Origin: Candidatus Parcubacteria bacterium
GTDB lineage: Bacteria > Patescibacteriota > Patescibacteriia > Patescibacteriales > BM507
Direction of reading: 5' to 3'
Length of the DNA: 64,000 nucleotides
Assembly: GCA_002869265.1 (NCBI GenBank)
Contig: PKTH01000036.1
Span: 50,224 to 114,223, forward strand
Positions 1-9,680 of this stretch are shown piece by piece. The first letter of the stretch is position 1; each line of letters opens with the position of its first letter. The notes under the pieces are model-generated. The model searched no databases, had not been told where the DNA came from, and worked only from the letters and a program-made list of their open reading frames with translations. The translations under genes and the position numbers were made by a program.

Positions 1-248
1 CTTTGTCTGAAAAAACAGAGTTATCAAAAAAAGACGTAGTAAATCTAATGGACGAGCTAGCAGCACTTGCTTACTCTGAAGTAAAAAAGAATGGTGAATT
101 CGTAGTTCCTGGATTCGGGAAAATGGTAAAAGCAAGAAGAGCAGCTAGAATGGGTGTTAACCCAGCAACTGGTGAAAAAATTAAAATCGCAGCAAAAACA
201 GTTGTTAAGTTCAGATTAGCTAAAGCAGCTAAGGACGCAGTATTATAA
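1..248 (+). CDS. hup: HU family DNA-binding protein (probably 5'-truncated by the window edge)
   Basis: GFGK...RAARMGVNPATGEKIKIAAK...FR motif; the usual HU N-terminal residues are missing. Confidence 0.93.
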   Translation, partial: LSEKTELSKKDVVNLMDELAALAYSEVKKNGEFVVPGFGKMVKARRAARMGVNPATGEKIKIAAKTVVKFRLAKAAKDAVL

Positions 249-266
249 TAGATTTTTCAGTATATA

Positions 267-296
267 AAAAGACACCTTTTATTAGGTGTCTTTTTT
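267..296. terminator. Bidirectional intrinsic terminator
   Basis: AAAAGACACCT-N6-AGGTGTCTTTT between convergent genes. Confidence 0.85.
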
Positions 297-985
297 TATT
301 TGATATTTAACCAAATAATAGTAATGAGAGAAACCCCCAAAAGAAAAAGGAAGGGGTTTCCTCTTTTTTTCTTTGGGATAATGTCTCTGGAGATAATATA
401 TAAAAGCATCCCCATGATGAAAGCAAATAAATATGATTTAATATGAGGTTCAACATTGAGTGATATGGAAGACAGGGCACCGACAAAAGGCGCTGAAGAA
501 AGAATCATTTTATTGAATTTCGTTTTTTCTCTTTTGTCCATATATTCAAGAGAAAACGATGAAGAAATGGTTTGTAGAAAAAGAGGTACTAAAATAAAAA
601 ATTTAAAGTTTGAATCAAGATTTAAAGTGCTTGATAAAATAAAGCCGATCATAAAATGATCGACAAAAAAACCGATCTGGTGGAGATATTTTAACTCTTT
701 GTATAGTTTTTTTCTGTCATGATTGTGTTGATATAGGAATTTTTCAAGTACGTGAAAAAAGGTAAAGCCCAACAACAGTAGAAACAAGACAATATTTAAT
801 TCAGATTTTTTTAAAATCTCTGGAAGAAGAATTAGAAATATAAGGGCTATAAGATTTCCAGCTCCAAAGCTTAATATCTGAAACTTATGTTTAATGAAGA
901 GTTTTGAAAATTTGCGACTATAGAAGTTTGAAAAACTTAGAATTAAGGCAAATATTAGTATTGTTATTTCTGTTGATAGAAGCAT
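296..985 (-). CDS. ZIP/ZupT-like divalent metal transporter (short form)
   Basis: Multi-TM; SFGAG..LLPE, FHVLEK, His-containing loop, DHFMIG, GMLLYI...DIIP resemble ZIP family patterns. Confidence 0.65.
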   Translation of the reverse strand: MLLSTEITILIFALILSFSNFYSRKFSKLFIKHKFQILSFGAGNLIALIFLILLPEILKKSELNIVLFLLLLGFTFFHVLEKFLYQHNHDRKKLYKELKYLHQIGFFVDHFMIGFILSSTLNLDSNFKFFILVPLFLQTISSSFSLEYMDKREKTKFNKMILSSAPFVGALSSISLNVEPHIKSYLFAFIMGMLLYIISRDIIPKKKRGNPFLFLLGVSLITIIWLNIK

Positions 986-1091
986 CGTATTTTTTCTTTA
1001 TTGGGTTATTTTAGCACTTTTTAAATTATTTCTCAATGATTAATTTTTAAGATGCGTTTGATTTTTCTTTTAATTAAACTATAATCAAGGT

Positions 1092-2546
1092 ATGAATAGA
1101 GAGATATTAAAACTAAGAATTCTTTTGTGGGGAGGGCTATTTCTGCTGGTTGTGTTTTTTGTTTATAAGTCAATTGTTCCTAGCGGTCACATTTCTTATA
1201 AATATGACTTTAGTAAGAGAAATTCTTTTATTTCAAGACTTTCTCCTAGCGATAGGGTTCTTCAGATTGAGAATGGTGAGCAGGGGGTTATTGGCGACCC
1301 GGTTTATTTTTCCCTAAGGACTTCCAGACCTTTTAATTCTGCTTTGATGACAATTAAATATAGGAACAATAATCAAGAACAAAATCCACTGGTTGAGAGT
1401 GGCTTTCTAGCAGACGCCAAAGCTTGGAGATATAAGCTAGAACCTGTTGAAAATTATTTTCTAAATGTCATTGAAGATAATTGGGAAAGCTTAGAGCGTG
1501 ACGGTCTTAAACTATATATAAACCCAGAAGCTAGTAGTACCTATCAAGCAGTTGATGATTTTCTAAAATCACCACCAGCAAGTGATAAGATTGCTACTTA
1601 TAATTATTCTTTTGATACTAATTACATTTTGGATAATTATGCATCCAGTTCAAAAATACTGACAATAGAGAAAGAACTAAGAGCAGATTATCAATTCTTT
1701 ACTTACATTGATAATGAAGATCTGTATTTTAAATTTGTTTTTGAGGATATTAATCAGAATAAAGACAGCGATGATATCGATTTATTTCTTTATTTTAATA
1801 ATCAGCTAATTCAATCCAAACATCTAGATGATGATGGGATTAGCGAAGATAGTGGTGAGATAGCTGAGGAGAGAGAGATTATTTATGATTTGGTGAACAT
1901 GCCATCAGGAGCCTACAAGATTGAGCTACGCGCGGGTGATGATGTTTTAACTAAGAGCATTGAAACCAAACAGAATAAACTTTCATTTATAAACAAAATT
2001 TGGATATCTGATCAAGCGCTTGAAGATTTTTCTGTTATTACAGATTCTGACGTGGTGCATTTTCAAACAACCAACCCTGGTAGTTTGCAAAATATTAAAT
2101 TATCATCAAGCACGGTTAATCTGGATGAAACATTTAGACAATTTTCTCAGGAGACAAATGGATCTAGCACGGAAATTATTTTTGAGAAAGGCGATATAAT
2201 AATAGCGGGTAATGGAGTTTTTAGTTTTAGTGGTGAAGAATTTTTGAACCCTAGAATTAAAAAAGTTGATTCGAATTATGATATTGATGATTCTTCGATT
2301 GATTATATTTTAGCTAGGTACCAAACTCCGGAAGAGACAAATAATCTAAAAACTCAACATTTGGAATTTGATATAAGTGGTGCCTATAGGGAAGACTCTA
2401 AATATAGTTTTCTTATTTCAATCCCTGGACTTAAGGCCGATGATGAAATTGACGACTCTATTACTATAGATGAGATAGAGTTTGACTTGTATGGAGTTAG
2501 TTTATTTGAGAAAATACTTTCAATTTTTAATAAAAATGAAAAATAA
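1092..2546 (+). CDS. Membrane-anchored exported hypothetical protein
   Basis: 484 aa ORF, single N-terminal TM, acidic beta-rich body. Confidence 0.8.
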   Translation: MNREILKLRILLWGGLFLLVVFFVYKSIVPSGHISYKYDFSKRNSFISRLSPSDRVLQIENGEQGVIGDPVYFSLRTSRPFNSALMTIKYRNNNQEQNPLVESGFLADAKAWRYKLEPVENYFLNVIEDNWESLERDGLKLYINPEASSTYQAVDDFLKSPPASDKIATYNYSFDTNYILDNYASSSKILTIEKELRADYQFFTYIDNEDLYFKFVFEDINQNKDSDDIDLFLYFNNQLIQSKHLDDDGISEDSGEIAEEREIIYDLVNMPSGAYKIELRAGDDVLTKSIETKQNKLSFINKIWISDQALEDFSVITDSDVVHFQTTNPGSLQNIKLSSSTVNLDETFRQFSQETNGSSTEIIFEKGDIIIAGNGVFSFSGEEFLNPRIKKVDSNYDIDDSSIDYILARYQTPEETNNLKTQHLEFDISGAYREDSKYSFLISIPGLKADDEIDDSITIDEIEFDLYGVSLFEKILSIFNKNEK

Positions 2547-2724
2547 TTTAAACAAAATTCAGCCGTATCTAAGAGAGGTTTTTTATTTTTTGACCGCCGC
2601 TCTCTTCGTGTTTTATATTTTAGAGCTTATAAAACCTAATATAGTGATTGCTTATCTAAATTTAGCCTATTTATTGATAATCTGGATTTTAGTTGCTATA
2701 GTTATAATAGTTAATAACAAGTAA
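2536..2724 (+). CDS. Small two-TM membrane protein
   Basis: ATG at 2536 overlaps the end of the upstream gene; two hydrophobic helices. Confidence 0.7.
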   Translation: MKNNLNKIQPYLREVFYFLTAALFVFYILELIKPNIVIAYLNLAYLLIIWILVAIVIIVNNK

Positions 2725-2728
2725 AAAT

Positions 2729-3754
2729 ATGCGTGATAAAAAGAATTTAATCCCCATTTTAATATTTATTGCTATATTTATATTGCCCTCAATATTGGCA
2801 AATAGGTTTTTGCTAATGTTAACAATATTTATTGTAATTATATATTTAATATTTAAAAAATCTAATAATTTAATTAATAAAAATATGAGCCAAACAATCA
2901 ACATTGATCCAATTTCAGGAGCAATCAAGGGGACTAAGAAAGTTATTGGAACTGTAATTTTAGTTTTAGCTATTATTATTTTTCTGATTAACGCCGTAAG
3001 AATAATTGACGCTGGCGAGACAGGTGTTTATTCGTTATTTGGTAAAGTTAAGGATAACGAAGTTAGATCAGGTATCCACGTTATTAATCCGTTTGCAAAA
3101 ATTACCACAATGTCCATTAGAACTGAAGAGTATACAATGAGTGTTACTCAGGGTGAAGGTAAAATATCTGGAGCAGATGCTATCACATCCTTAACCAAAG
3201 AGGGATTGAGTGTTGATCTTGATATGACAGTTCTTTATAGAGTTCAAGAAGAGAAAGCTTCTGATATCTATAAAAATGTTGGTTTAAATTTTGAAAATAA
3301 GATATTGAGACCTTCGATCAGAACATCAATTAGAGATGTAATTGCTCAATACGAAGCAAAGGACATTTATTCTGAAAAGAGACAGGAGGCCGCAGAAAAG
3401 ATCAAAGAAAACCTAATAGCTGATTTGGAACCAAGGGGAATAATTGTAGAGGATGTTCTTTTGCGAAACGTGGCTCTTCCTGCTAATCTAGCTAATGCAA
3501 TTCAAGAAAAATTACAAGCAGAACAAGAGGCTCAGAAATATGAGTTTATTTTACAGAGAGAGGAAAAAGAGAAAGAAAGAAAGATTATTGAAGCGGAAGG
3601 TCAAAGAGATGCTCAGAAGATTATAAATGAAAGTCTTTCAACTAATTATCTGTACTATTTATACATAAATGAATTAAAGGACAGAGAAGGCACTATATAT
3701 GTACCAACAGGAAACACTACCGGCGTGCCTCTTTTTAGAAATCTCGGTAACTAA
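2729..3754 (+). CDS. SPFH/prohibitin (band 7) family protein
   Basis: IDAGETGV, G.H...P, TKEGLSV.LD...YR, LRNV.LP, AIQEK..AEQEA; alternative start at 2885. Confidence 0.92.
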   Translation: MRDKKNLIPILIFIAIFILPSILANRFLLMLTIFIVIIYLIFKKSNNLINKNMSQTINIDPISGAIKGTKKVIGTVILVLAIIIFLINAVRIIDAGETGVYSLFGKVKDNEVRSGIHVINPFAKITTMSIRTEEYTMSVTQGEGKISGADAITSLTKEGLSVDLDMTVLYRVQEEKASDIYKNVGLNFENKILRPSIRTSIRDVIAQYEAKDIYSEKRQEAAEKIKENLIADLEPRGIIVEDVLLRNVALPANLANAIQEKLQAEQEAQKYEFILQREEKEKERKIIEAEGQRDAQKIINESLSTNYLYYLYINELKDREGTIYVPTGNTTGVPLFRNLGN

Positions 3755-4315
3755 ATGAGAAAAATTGGATTTGTAACTAGCAACAAGCATAAGTTAGCAC
3801 AGATGCAAATAGTTTTATCTGCCTATGGTGTTGAATTAGAGCAAATAAAGATTGATTATCCTGAAGATAAAGAAAAGAACATGGAAGAAATCGCAAGAGA
3901 GGCTAGTAAAAATTTAGCTGAGAAACTGGGTAGGGAGTTGATTGTTGAGGATACTGGATTATATTTTGAGGCATACAATAATTTTCCAGGAGCACAACCA
4001 AAATTTGTTTATAATAGTCTTGGCTTTAAAGGTATTTTTAAGCTTTTGCTGGACGAGAATAGGGGGGCATATTTTAAGACAGTCATTGGTTACTGCAGTC
4101 CGGGCAAGGATCCCAAAACTTTTGATGGACAAATGAACGGCGTCATTGCAGAGGAGGTGCTTCTTCCAGAAAAAGAAGCTATGCCCTATGAACATATATT
4201 TATCCCAGAAGGTTATGCTAAGACCATGGTTGAGATGGATGTAGATTTGAAAAATTCCTTTTCACATAGAGGTAAGGCTACAAGAAAATTTGGTGAATTT
4301 ATAAAAAATAATTAA
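3755..4315 (+). CDS. rdgB: Non-canonical purine NTP pyrophosphatase (RdgB/HAM1)
   Basis: VTSNKHK, VEDTGL, FPG, SHRGKA motifs. Confidence 0.92.
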   Translation: MRKIGFVTSNKHKLAQMQIVLSAYGVELEQIKIDYPEDKEKNMEEIAREASKNLAEKLGRELIVEDTGLYFEAYNNFPGAQPKFVYNSLGFKGIFKLLLDENRGAYFKTVIGYCSPGKDPKTFDGQMNGVIAEEVLLPEKEAMPYEHIFIPEGYAKTMVEMDVDLKNSFSHRGKATRKFGEFIKNN

Positions 4316-4320
4316 AATAT

Positions 4321-4731
4321 ATGGAAGATTGTATATTCTGTAAAATAGTAAATCAGGAACTAGCTTCATATAAAGTTCATGAAAGTGACAAGGTTTTAGC
4401 CTTTTTAGATGTTTTGCCAATGAGTTCTGGTCATACGATAGTCGCCCCTAAAGAACATTTTTCCGATGTTGAGTCACTGCCCAATGAAATACTTTCAGAA
4501 ATGGCCATTATTTTTAAAAAAATAGGTAAAGCAATGATGGATAGTTTGGGAGTGGAGGGTTATAGTGTTTTATTGGATAATAAAAGTGCAGCCAATCAAC
4601 ATGTTCCTCATGTTCATTTTCATATTGTGCCCAGAAAAGAAGGTGACGGTTTTAAAAGATGGATGCAAAGCGCTTATGAAGAAGGAGAGGCTAGAAAAAT
4701 TGCAGAGCAGATTTCAAGTAAAATAGAGTAG
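4321..4731 (+). CDS. HIT family hydrolase
   Basis: DCIFCKI, FLD..P...GH, canonical HVHFH triad. Confidence 0.93.
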   Translation: MEDCIFCKIVNQELASYKVHESDKVLAFLDVLPMSSGHTIVAPKEHFSDVESLPNEILSEMAIIFKKIGKAMMDSLGVEGYSVLLDNKSAANQHVPHVHFHIVPRKEGDGFKRWMQSAYEEGEARKIAEQISSKIE

Positions 4732-4732
4732 T

Positions 4733-5131
4733 ATGAAAGATTGTATTTTTTGTAAAATTGTTTCAGGTGAAATACCAAGTAAGAAAGTTTATGAAGATGG
4801 TGATTTTTTGTCCTTCCTAGATATTAGGCCCTTAAATCCAGGGCACATATTGATTGTCCCTAAAAAACATTTTAGATGGGTTTGGGATGTTCCGAATATA
4901 GGGGCTTACTATGAAATTGTGGGAAAACTTGCCAAGGTTTTAAAAAAAACCTTTGATACAGAACAAATTGTTAGCCTTGTGTTTGGGGAAGAGGTTCCCC
5001 ATGCTCATATATGGCTTGTTCCAAGATTTGAGGGTGATGGCCACGGAACTTCTATCGATACAAAGAATTTCAAAAATATTAGCGAGGAAGAACTTGCAGA
5101 AATCCAGTCTAGAATTAAAAATCAAATATAA
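4733..5131 (+). CDS. HIT family protein, variant triad
   Basis: DCIFCKI, FLDIRP..PGH, triad reads HAHIW. Confidence 0.9.
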   Translation: MKDCIFCKIVSGEIPSKKVYEDGDFLSFLDIRPLNPGHILIVPKKHFRWVWDVPNIGAYYEIVGKLAKVLKKTFDTEQIVSLVFGEEVPHAHIWLVPRFEGDGHGTSIDTKNFKNISEEELAEIQSRIKNQI

Positions 5132-5226
5132 TACTTGAATTAAACTGAATTATTCTTTTTTTGTCTAGATTGACAAGAGAGTATTTTCGGTTTAATATTT
5201 TTTTACTAACAATTAACAAAAAAATA

Positions 5227-6423
5227 ATGTTCGCTATGCAGGAACTGAACAGCAAAATAAATATAATAAGGGGGTTATTAGAAAGAAAAGCATTGTCAAA
5301 AGCCGAAGCTCAGAAATTGCTTGGTTTGGATGATAAAAATTTTTCGGCGCTTTTTGAACTGTCTCTCGACTTAAGTGAGGGTGTTAAAAATGTCTTAGTT
5401 TGTGGTGGGGCCGGTTTTATTGGATCAAATTTTGTTAGGCACATGCTAGAGGCACATCCCAGCTATAAAATTGTAAATTTTGATAAGCTTACCTATGCTG
5501 GTAATTTGGAAAATTTAAGAGATATAGAGAAAAATCCTAACTACACATTTGTTCAAGGAGATATTACTGATCTGGAACAATTGAACAAAACTATTCAAGA
5601 TCACAATATAACCCACGTTATAAATTTTGCAGCAGAGACTCATGTTGATAGATCGATCCACGGAGGAAGTAAAGAATTTGTAATGACTAATTCTTTGGGA
5701 GTGCAGATGATTCTAGATGCTGTTAAGATGAACAATATTGAAAAGTTTGTAAATGTTTCTACCGATGAGGTTTATGGAGCTCTAGAACTAGAGTCAGAAG
5801 ACATGTTTAGAGAAGATACTCCGATTATGCCAAATATGCCCTATGCGGCTGCAAAGGCTGGTGGTGATTTGATGTGTAACGCATATTGGAAAACTCACGG
5901 TACGCCAGTCGTTGTAACTCATTGTTCAAATAACTATGGACCTTATCAATTTCCTGAAAAACTGATTCCATTTTTTATATTTAAACTTATTAATGACGAG
6001 AAGGTCCCAGTTTACGGAGATGGGTTAAATGTTCGTGACTGGATTCATGTTCGGGATCATGCTAGTGCGCTCGATCTATTACTGCACAAGGGAGAACCTG
6101 GCGAAGTTTATAATATTGGTTCAGACAATGAAAGAAATAATATGGAAGTAACAAGGTTGATGCTAAAACTTTTAGGTAAAGATGAATCTAGCATTGAGTA
6201 TGTCACTGATAGACCTGGACATGATAGAAGATACGCAATTGACGCCTCAAAGATATTTAGTCTAGGTTGGAAACCGGTTTATACAAGGGAAAAATTTGAA
6301 GAAGGACTTAAAGAAACGGTTGATTGGTATCTAGCAAATACAGAATGGGTTGAAGCTTTAAGAAAGAAAAAAGACGAAATGAATAATTGGCAAGAATCTT
6401 ATTTCAAAAATAATAAAAAATAA
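5227..6423 (+). CDS. rfbB: dTDP-glucose 4,6-dehydratase
   Basis: GGAGFIGSNF, DKLTYAG, AAETHVDRSI, STDEVYG, FPEKLIP, DRPGHDRRY; ATG start chosen at 5227. Confidence 0.95.
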   Translation: MFAMQELNSKINIIRGLLERKALSKAEAQKLLGLDDKNFSALFELSLDLSEGVKNVLVCGGAGFIGSNFVRHMLEAHPSYKIVNFDKLTYAGNLENLRDIEKNPNYTFVQGDITDLEQLNKTIQDHNITHVINFAAETHVDRSIHGGSKEFVMTNSLGVQMILDAVKMNNIEKFVNVSTDEVYGALELESEDMFREDTPIMPNMPYAAAKAGGDLMCNAYWKTHGTPVVVTHCSNNYGPYQFPEKLIPFFIFKLINDEKVPVYGDGLNVRDWIHVRDHASALDLLLHKGEPGEVYNIGSDNERNNMEVTRLMLKLLGKDESSIEYVTDRPGHDRRYAIDASKIFSLGWKPVYTREKFEEGLKETVDWYLANTEWVEALRKKKDEMNNWQESYFKNNKK

Positions 6424-6834
6424 ATGAAACTTGATTTTAGGAGGCTTGAGATCAAAAAAATAGATACTCCAACCATGACCATGAGTCCTATGGAGTTAAA
6501 AGAATATATTGATTTTGAAGTAAAAAGAATTTATTTTATCACTAATCTAAAAGACGGCATCGGGAAGCATTGTCATCATAACGAAAAAGAATTATTTGTA
6601 ATGATACAAGGCTCTTGTATTGCCACCATAGATCAAGGTAGAGGATTTGAGAAAATTGAAATGAAAGCGCCAACTGATGCAATTTATGTAGGTAATTATG
6701 TTTGGCACCAATTTGATAAATTTTCTGAAGACGCTATTCTGTTAGCAGTGTCTTCAACTAATTATAGTGCAGACAGATTAGATTATATTGAAGATTATAA
6801 TGAATATAAAAAGTATTTATTAGATAATAAATAA
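6424..6834 (+). CDS. FdtA/QdtA (WxcM-like) cupin sugar 3,4-ketoisomerase
   Basis: FEVKRIYFI, G.H.H...E, VWH, LLAVSS..Y...DYI.DY; follows rfbB. Confidence 0.85.
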   Translation: MKLDFRRLEIKKIDTPTMTMSPMELKEYIDFEVKRIYFITNLKDGIGKHCHHNEKELFVMIQGSCIATIDQGRGFEKIEMKAPTDAIYVGNYVWHQFDKFSEDAILLAVSSTNYSADRLDYIEDYNEYKKYLLDNK

Positions 6835-6863
6835 CAGTTCTTTTTAATCCCCGGGAGGATGCC

Positions 6864-7088
6864 ATGCGAAGATATACCAACTATCCGATTTTAATATCTG
6901 ATGGAATGAACCCCTTTTCAGTCACTGTTGGCTTTCGCTGCGGAGAATGCGGCCAAATAAGTGAAGATATAACCAAGCATAAGTGTAAACCAATTATTTC
7001 AAGAGAAAAAGAGGATTCAATTTCATTTTCGTCTTTATTGCGGGAAGTGTTTAATTTCAAAAACAAGCTTTCCGGGGAAGCAATTTAG
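6864..7088 (+). CDS. Small hypothetical protein with putative zinc finger
   Basis: Strong SD GGGAGG; CGEC-x9-HKC; followed by a terminator. Confidence 0.65.
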   Translation: MRRYTNYPILISDGMNPFSVTVGFRCGECGQISEDITKHKCKPIISREKEDSISFSSLLREVFNFKNKLSGEAI

Positions 7089-7094
7089 TACAAA

Positions 7095-7125
7095 AAAACC
7101 AGTTTAATAAACTGGTTTTATTTTT
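7095..7125. terminator. Bidirectional intrinsic terminator
   Basis: AAAACCAGTTT-AAT-AAACTGGTTTT between convergent genes. Confidence 0.8.
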
Positions 7126-7127
7126 AT

Positions 7128-8492
7128 CTACATTCCAGCTCTAGAGAGAACGACTGAGATTGTTTTTAAGAGTATAGAAGTATCAAGATATGGAGAGCGA
7201 TTTTTAACATAGTAGAGATCGAATTGCAATTTCTTCATAGTGTCCTCCTCGCTTGGAGAGTGGTATTCTCCAGACACTTGGTCCCAACCAGTGAGACCGG
7301 GTTTGACCAACATTCTTTCCTTGTAGAATGGAATTACTTTTTCTAATTTTTCTATCAACTCTGGTCTTTCAGGCCTTGGTCCAACAAAGCTCATTTCGCC
7401 TTTAATGATATTTAAAACCTGGGGTATTTCATCTATTCGGCTTTTACGGAGGAGGGACCCGAACCTAGTTATCCGAGAATCATTTGTTTTTGTAGGAGAG
7501 AAATTATTATTTTCACTTTTCATCGTTCTAAACTTTAAGATAGTGAATTTTTTACCGTTTTTCCCTTCTCGGATTTGTTTGAAAAATACAGGACCCTTGC
7601 TTTCAATTTTTATAAATATTGCAATGATAAACCAGAGAGGGAGAGTTATCAAAAGGATAGATAGTGCGAAGAGAAAATCAAAGAGTCTCTTGATGTGGTC
7701 AAAAATGACCTTATTTGCTTCATTTAGATTTTCTAAAAACCACATTTGGTTAATAGCTTTAATGGGTATTTTCCCTATTATATTCTCGTAGAAGTTGATT
7801 GAATTGACGAATTGGAGCTTTAGAGAAAGTGAAGAAAATAACTCTTGCCTTAGAACGCTAGAGTCTTCAGGTGAATCTGACAAAACTATTGTGTTAATTT
7901 GGTGTTTTTTTATCAAATCCTTGAATCCAGATAACTCATTTATAACCCTGATTTTTTTATGCTCTATCTCACTAGAATCTTTTGTGGCTAAGATTAATTT
8001 TGGTAGATAGCCGGTATTGGGATTTATTTCAATAAAATTAAGTATTTCTTTTACTTGGTTATCATAACCAATAAAAGCCACCTTGTTTTTTGGAAGATAT
8101 GAGTCAAGAAGGGTGTTGTATAAGGCCCGCCAGAGAAGGAAAATAATGGTAAAAACTAGAAGAAAAATAAGAAGGTTTGTTTTGGGGGCAATTGCTATAT
8201 TGGGATTCAAATAGAAGAAAAGAGCTGCCAGGGCGCCAGCCAATAAAAGACTTTTTGTAACTGACCTAAAGAATATTTTGCTATTTTGAGCAATATAGAG
8301 ATTATAGAGGCCAAATAAGTAGAAAAGGAACAGCCAGGCTACAAACACATATGAGAAGGTTATGTAGTGGTTTTCCCAGACTCTAGAATTAAAATTGTCT
8401 CGATATCTAAGAAATAATGCAAGATATAATGACAAATATAGAGTTGATATATCTCCCGTGAGAAGAAAGAATTTTTTAATTTTGTTATGCAT
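7128..8492 (-). CDS. Polyprenyl glycosylphosphotransferase (WcaJ/WbaP-like sugar transferase)
   Basis: KRLFD, GPVFFKQ.R.G, KFRTM, DEIPQ..NI.KGEMS.VGPRPE, KPGLTGW.QV. Confidence 0.95.
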   Translation of the reverse strand: MHNKIKKFFLLTGDISTLYLSLYLALFLRYRDNFNSRVWENHYITFSYVFVAWLFLFYLFGLYNLYIAQNSKIFFRSVTKSLLLAGALAALFFYLNPNIAIAPKTNLLIFLLVFTIIFLLWRALYNTLLDSYLPKNKVAFIGYDNQVKEILNFIEINPNTGYLPKLILATKDSSEIEHKKIRVINELSGFKDLIKKHQINTIVLSDSPEDSSVLRQELFSSLSLKLQFVNSINFYENIIGKIPIKAINQMWFLENLNEANKVIFDHIKRLFDFLFALSILLITLPLWFIIAIFIKIESKGPVFFKQIREGKNGKKFTILKFRTMKSENNNFSPTKTNDSRITRFGSLLRKSRIDEIPQVLNIIKGEMSFVGPRPERPELIEKLEKVIPFYKERMLVKPGLTGWDQVSGEYHSPSEEDTMKKLQFDLYYVKNRSPYLDTSILLKTISVVLSRAGM

Positions 8493-8614
8493 ATAGCGAT
8501 TATAGCAAATATGCTCTAAAAATCAATTATTTTTAACAGAAAAACTCCCAACATTAAATAAAAAAATAAATTTATACTATTGAAAAATAATATGCAAATT
8601 GATATAATTTTACT

Positions 8615-9676
8615 ATGAAAGAAAAGCAAAAATCAAAGTATAGCTGGCCATTAATAGGGAACCAGAAGAATATAGATTTTCTTACTAGAAGCTTGGAAAA
8701 TGATAAGTTGTCTAGCGCCTATATTTTTTCAGGTCCTGATAATATGGGGAAGACAAAATTGGCTCAACACTTTTCTCAGATATTGCTTTGTTCTCAGAAA
8801 GCCACATTAAGTTCTCAGAAGCCATGTTGTAAATGCCCCTCATGTAAGAGCTTTATCTCCTCTAAAGAAGACGAGGAACTGGATATGGAAACAGCTCGAC
8901 AAGATTTTTATGTTTTAAAAAAAGAAAAGGACAAAAAGAATATTTCTATAGAGCAAGTCCGAGATTTAATCTATTCACTTTCGATGAGTTCCTTCTCCGA
9001 TTCTTATAAAATTGGAATTATTAAGCATGCTGACACATTGAGTGAAGAAGCATCAAACGCTTTGTTGAAACTGTTGGAGGAGCCAAAAAAGAAGGTGATT
9101 ATTATCTTGATTTCAAGCAAGCTTGAGAAAATGTTGGAAACCATAAGATCTAGATGCCAGGTTTTGGAATTTTCTTCAGTCTCCACTGATGATATCAATA
9201 AATATTTACTTGAAAACTACAAAGTTACTAGAAGTGCAGCCAAGAATTATTCTAGAATATCTTTGGGAAGACCAGCACTTGCCCTAAAACTTCTTGAGGA
9301 TAAAGAATTTTATGAAAGCTATCTCTCTCGTTTAGAATTATTATTAGATGTTTTGGAAAGCAATGACTTGAATGAAAAATTTTCAAAAATCGAAAATGTT
9401 ATAGATAAGAAACTATCTAGCCAAGAGTCGGTCGCAATCTTAAAGAGGCTCTTAGAAACACTCCAGGGGCTTTTTCGTGATTTGTATCTAATCAATTACG
9501 GCCTTAATGATTTGGTTCAGAATGAGATTGTTGACCAGCGACTTAAGAAAAGTCAGATAAAAAATGATATAAAAAAAATATTAAACCTGTTGGATGAAAT
9601 TGAAAAATCAGCTGGCTATATAGATGCTAATTTAAGTCCAAAATTAATTTTAGAAAATATAACTTTATCAATATAA
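8615..9676 (+). CDS. holB: DNA polymerase III subunit delta'
   Basis: AYIFSGP..MGK, Zn cluster PCCKCPSC, ISIEQVR, SNALLKLLEEP, TIRSRC. Confidence 0.92.
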   Translation: MKEKQKSKYSWPLIGNQKNIDFLTRSLENDKLSSAYIFSGPDNMGKTKLAQHFSQILLCSQKATLSSQKPCCKCPSCKSFISSKEDEELDMETARQDFYVLKKEKDKKNISIEQVRDLIYSLSMSSFSDSYKIGIIKHADTLSEEASNALLKLLEEPKKKVIIILISSKLEKMLETIRSRCQVLEFSSVSTDDINKYLLENYKVTRSAAKNYSRISLGRPALALKLLEDKEFYESYLSRLELLLDVLESNDLNEKFSKIENVIDKKLSSQESVAILKRLLETLQGLFRDLYLINYGLNDLVQNEIVDQRLKKSQIKNDIKKILNLLDEIEKSAGYIDANLSPKLILENITLSI

Positions 9677-9680
9677 AAAT

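Noticed and set aside
1011-1019. TTAGCACTT as a second CIRCE
   Set aside because: No matching right arm at N9 spacing
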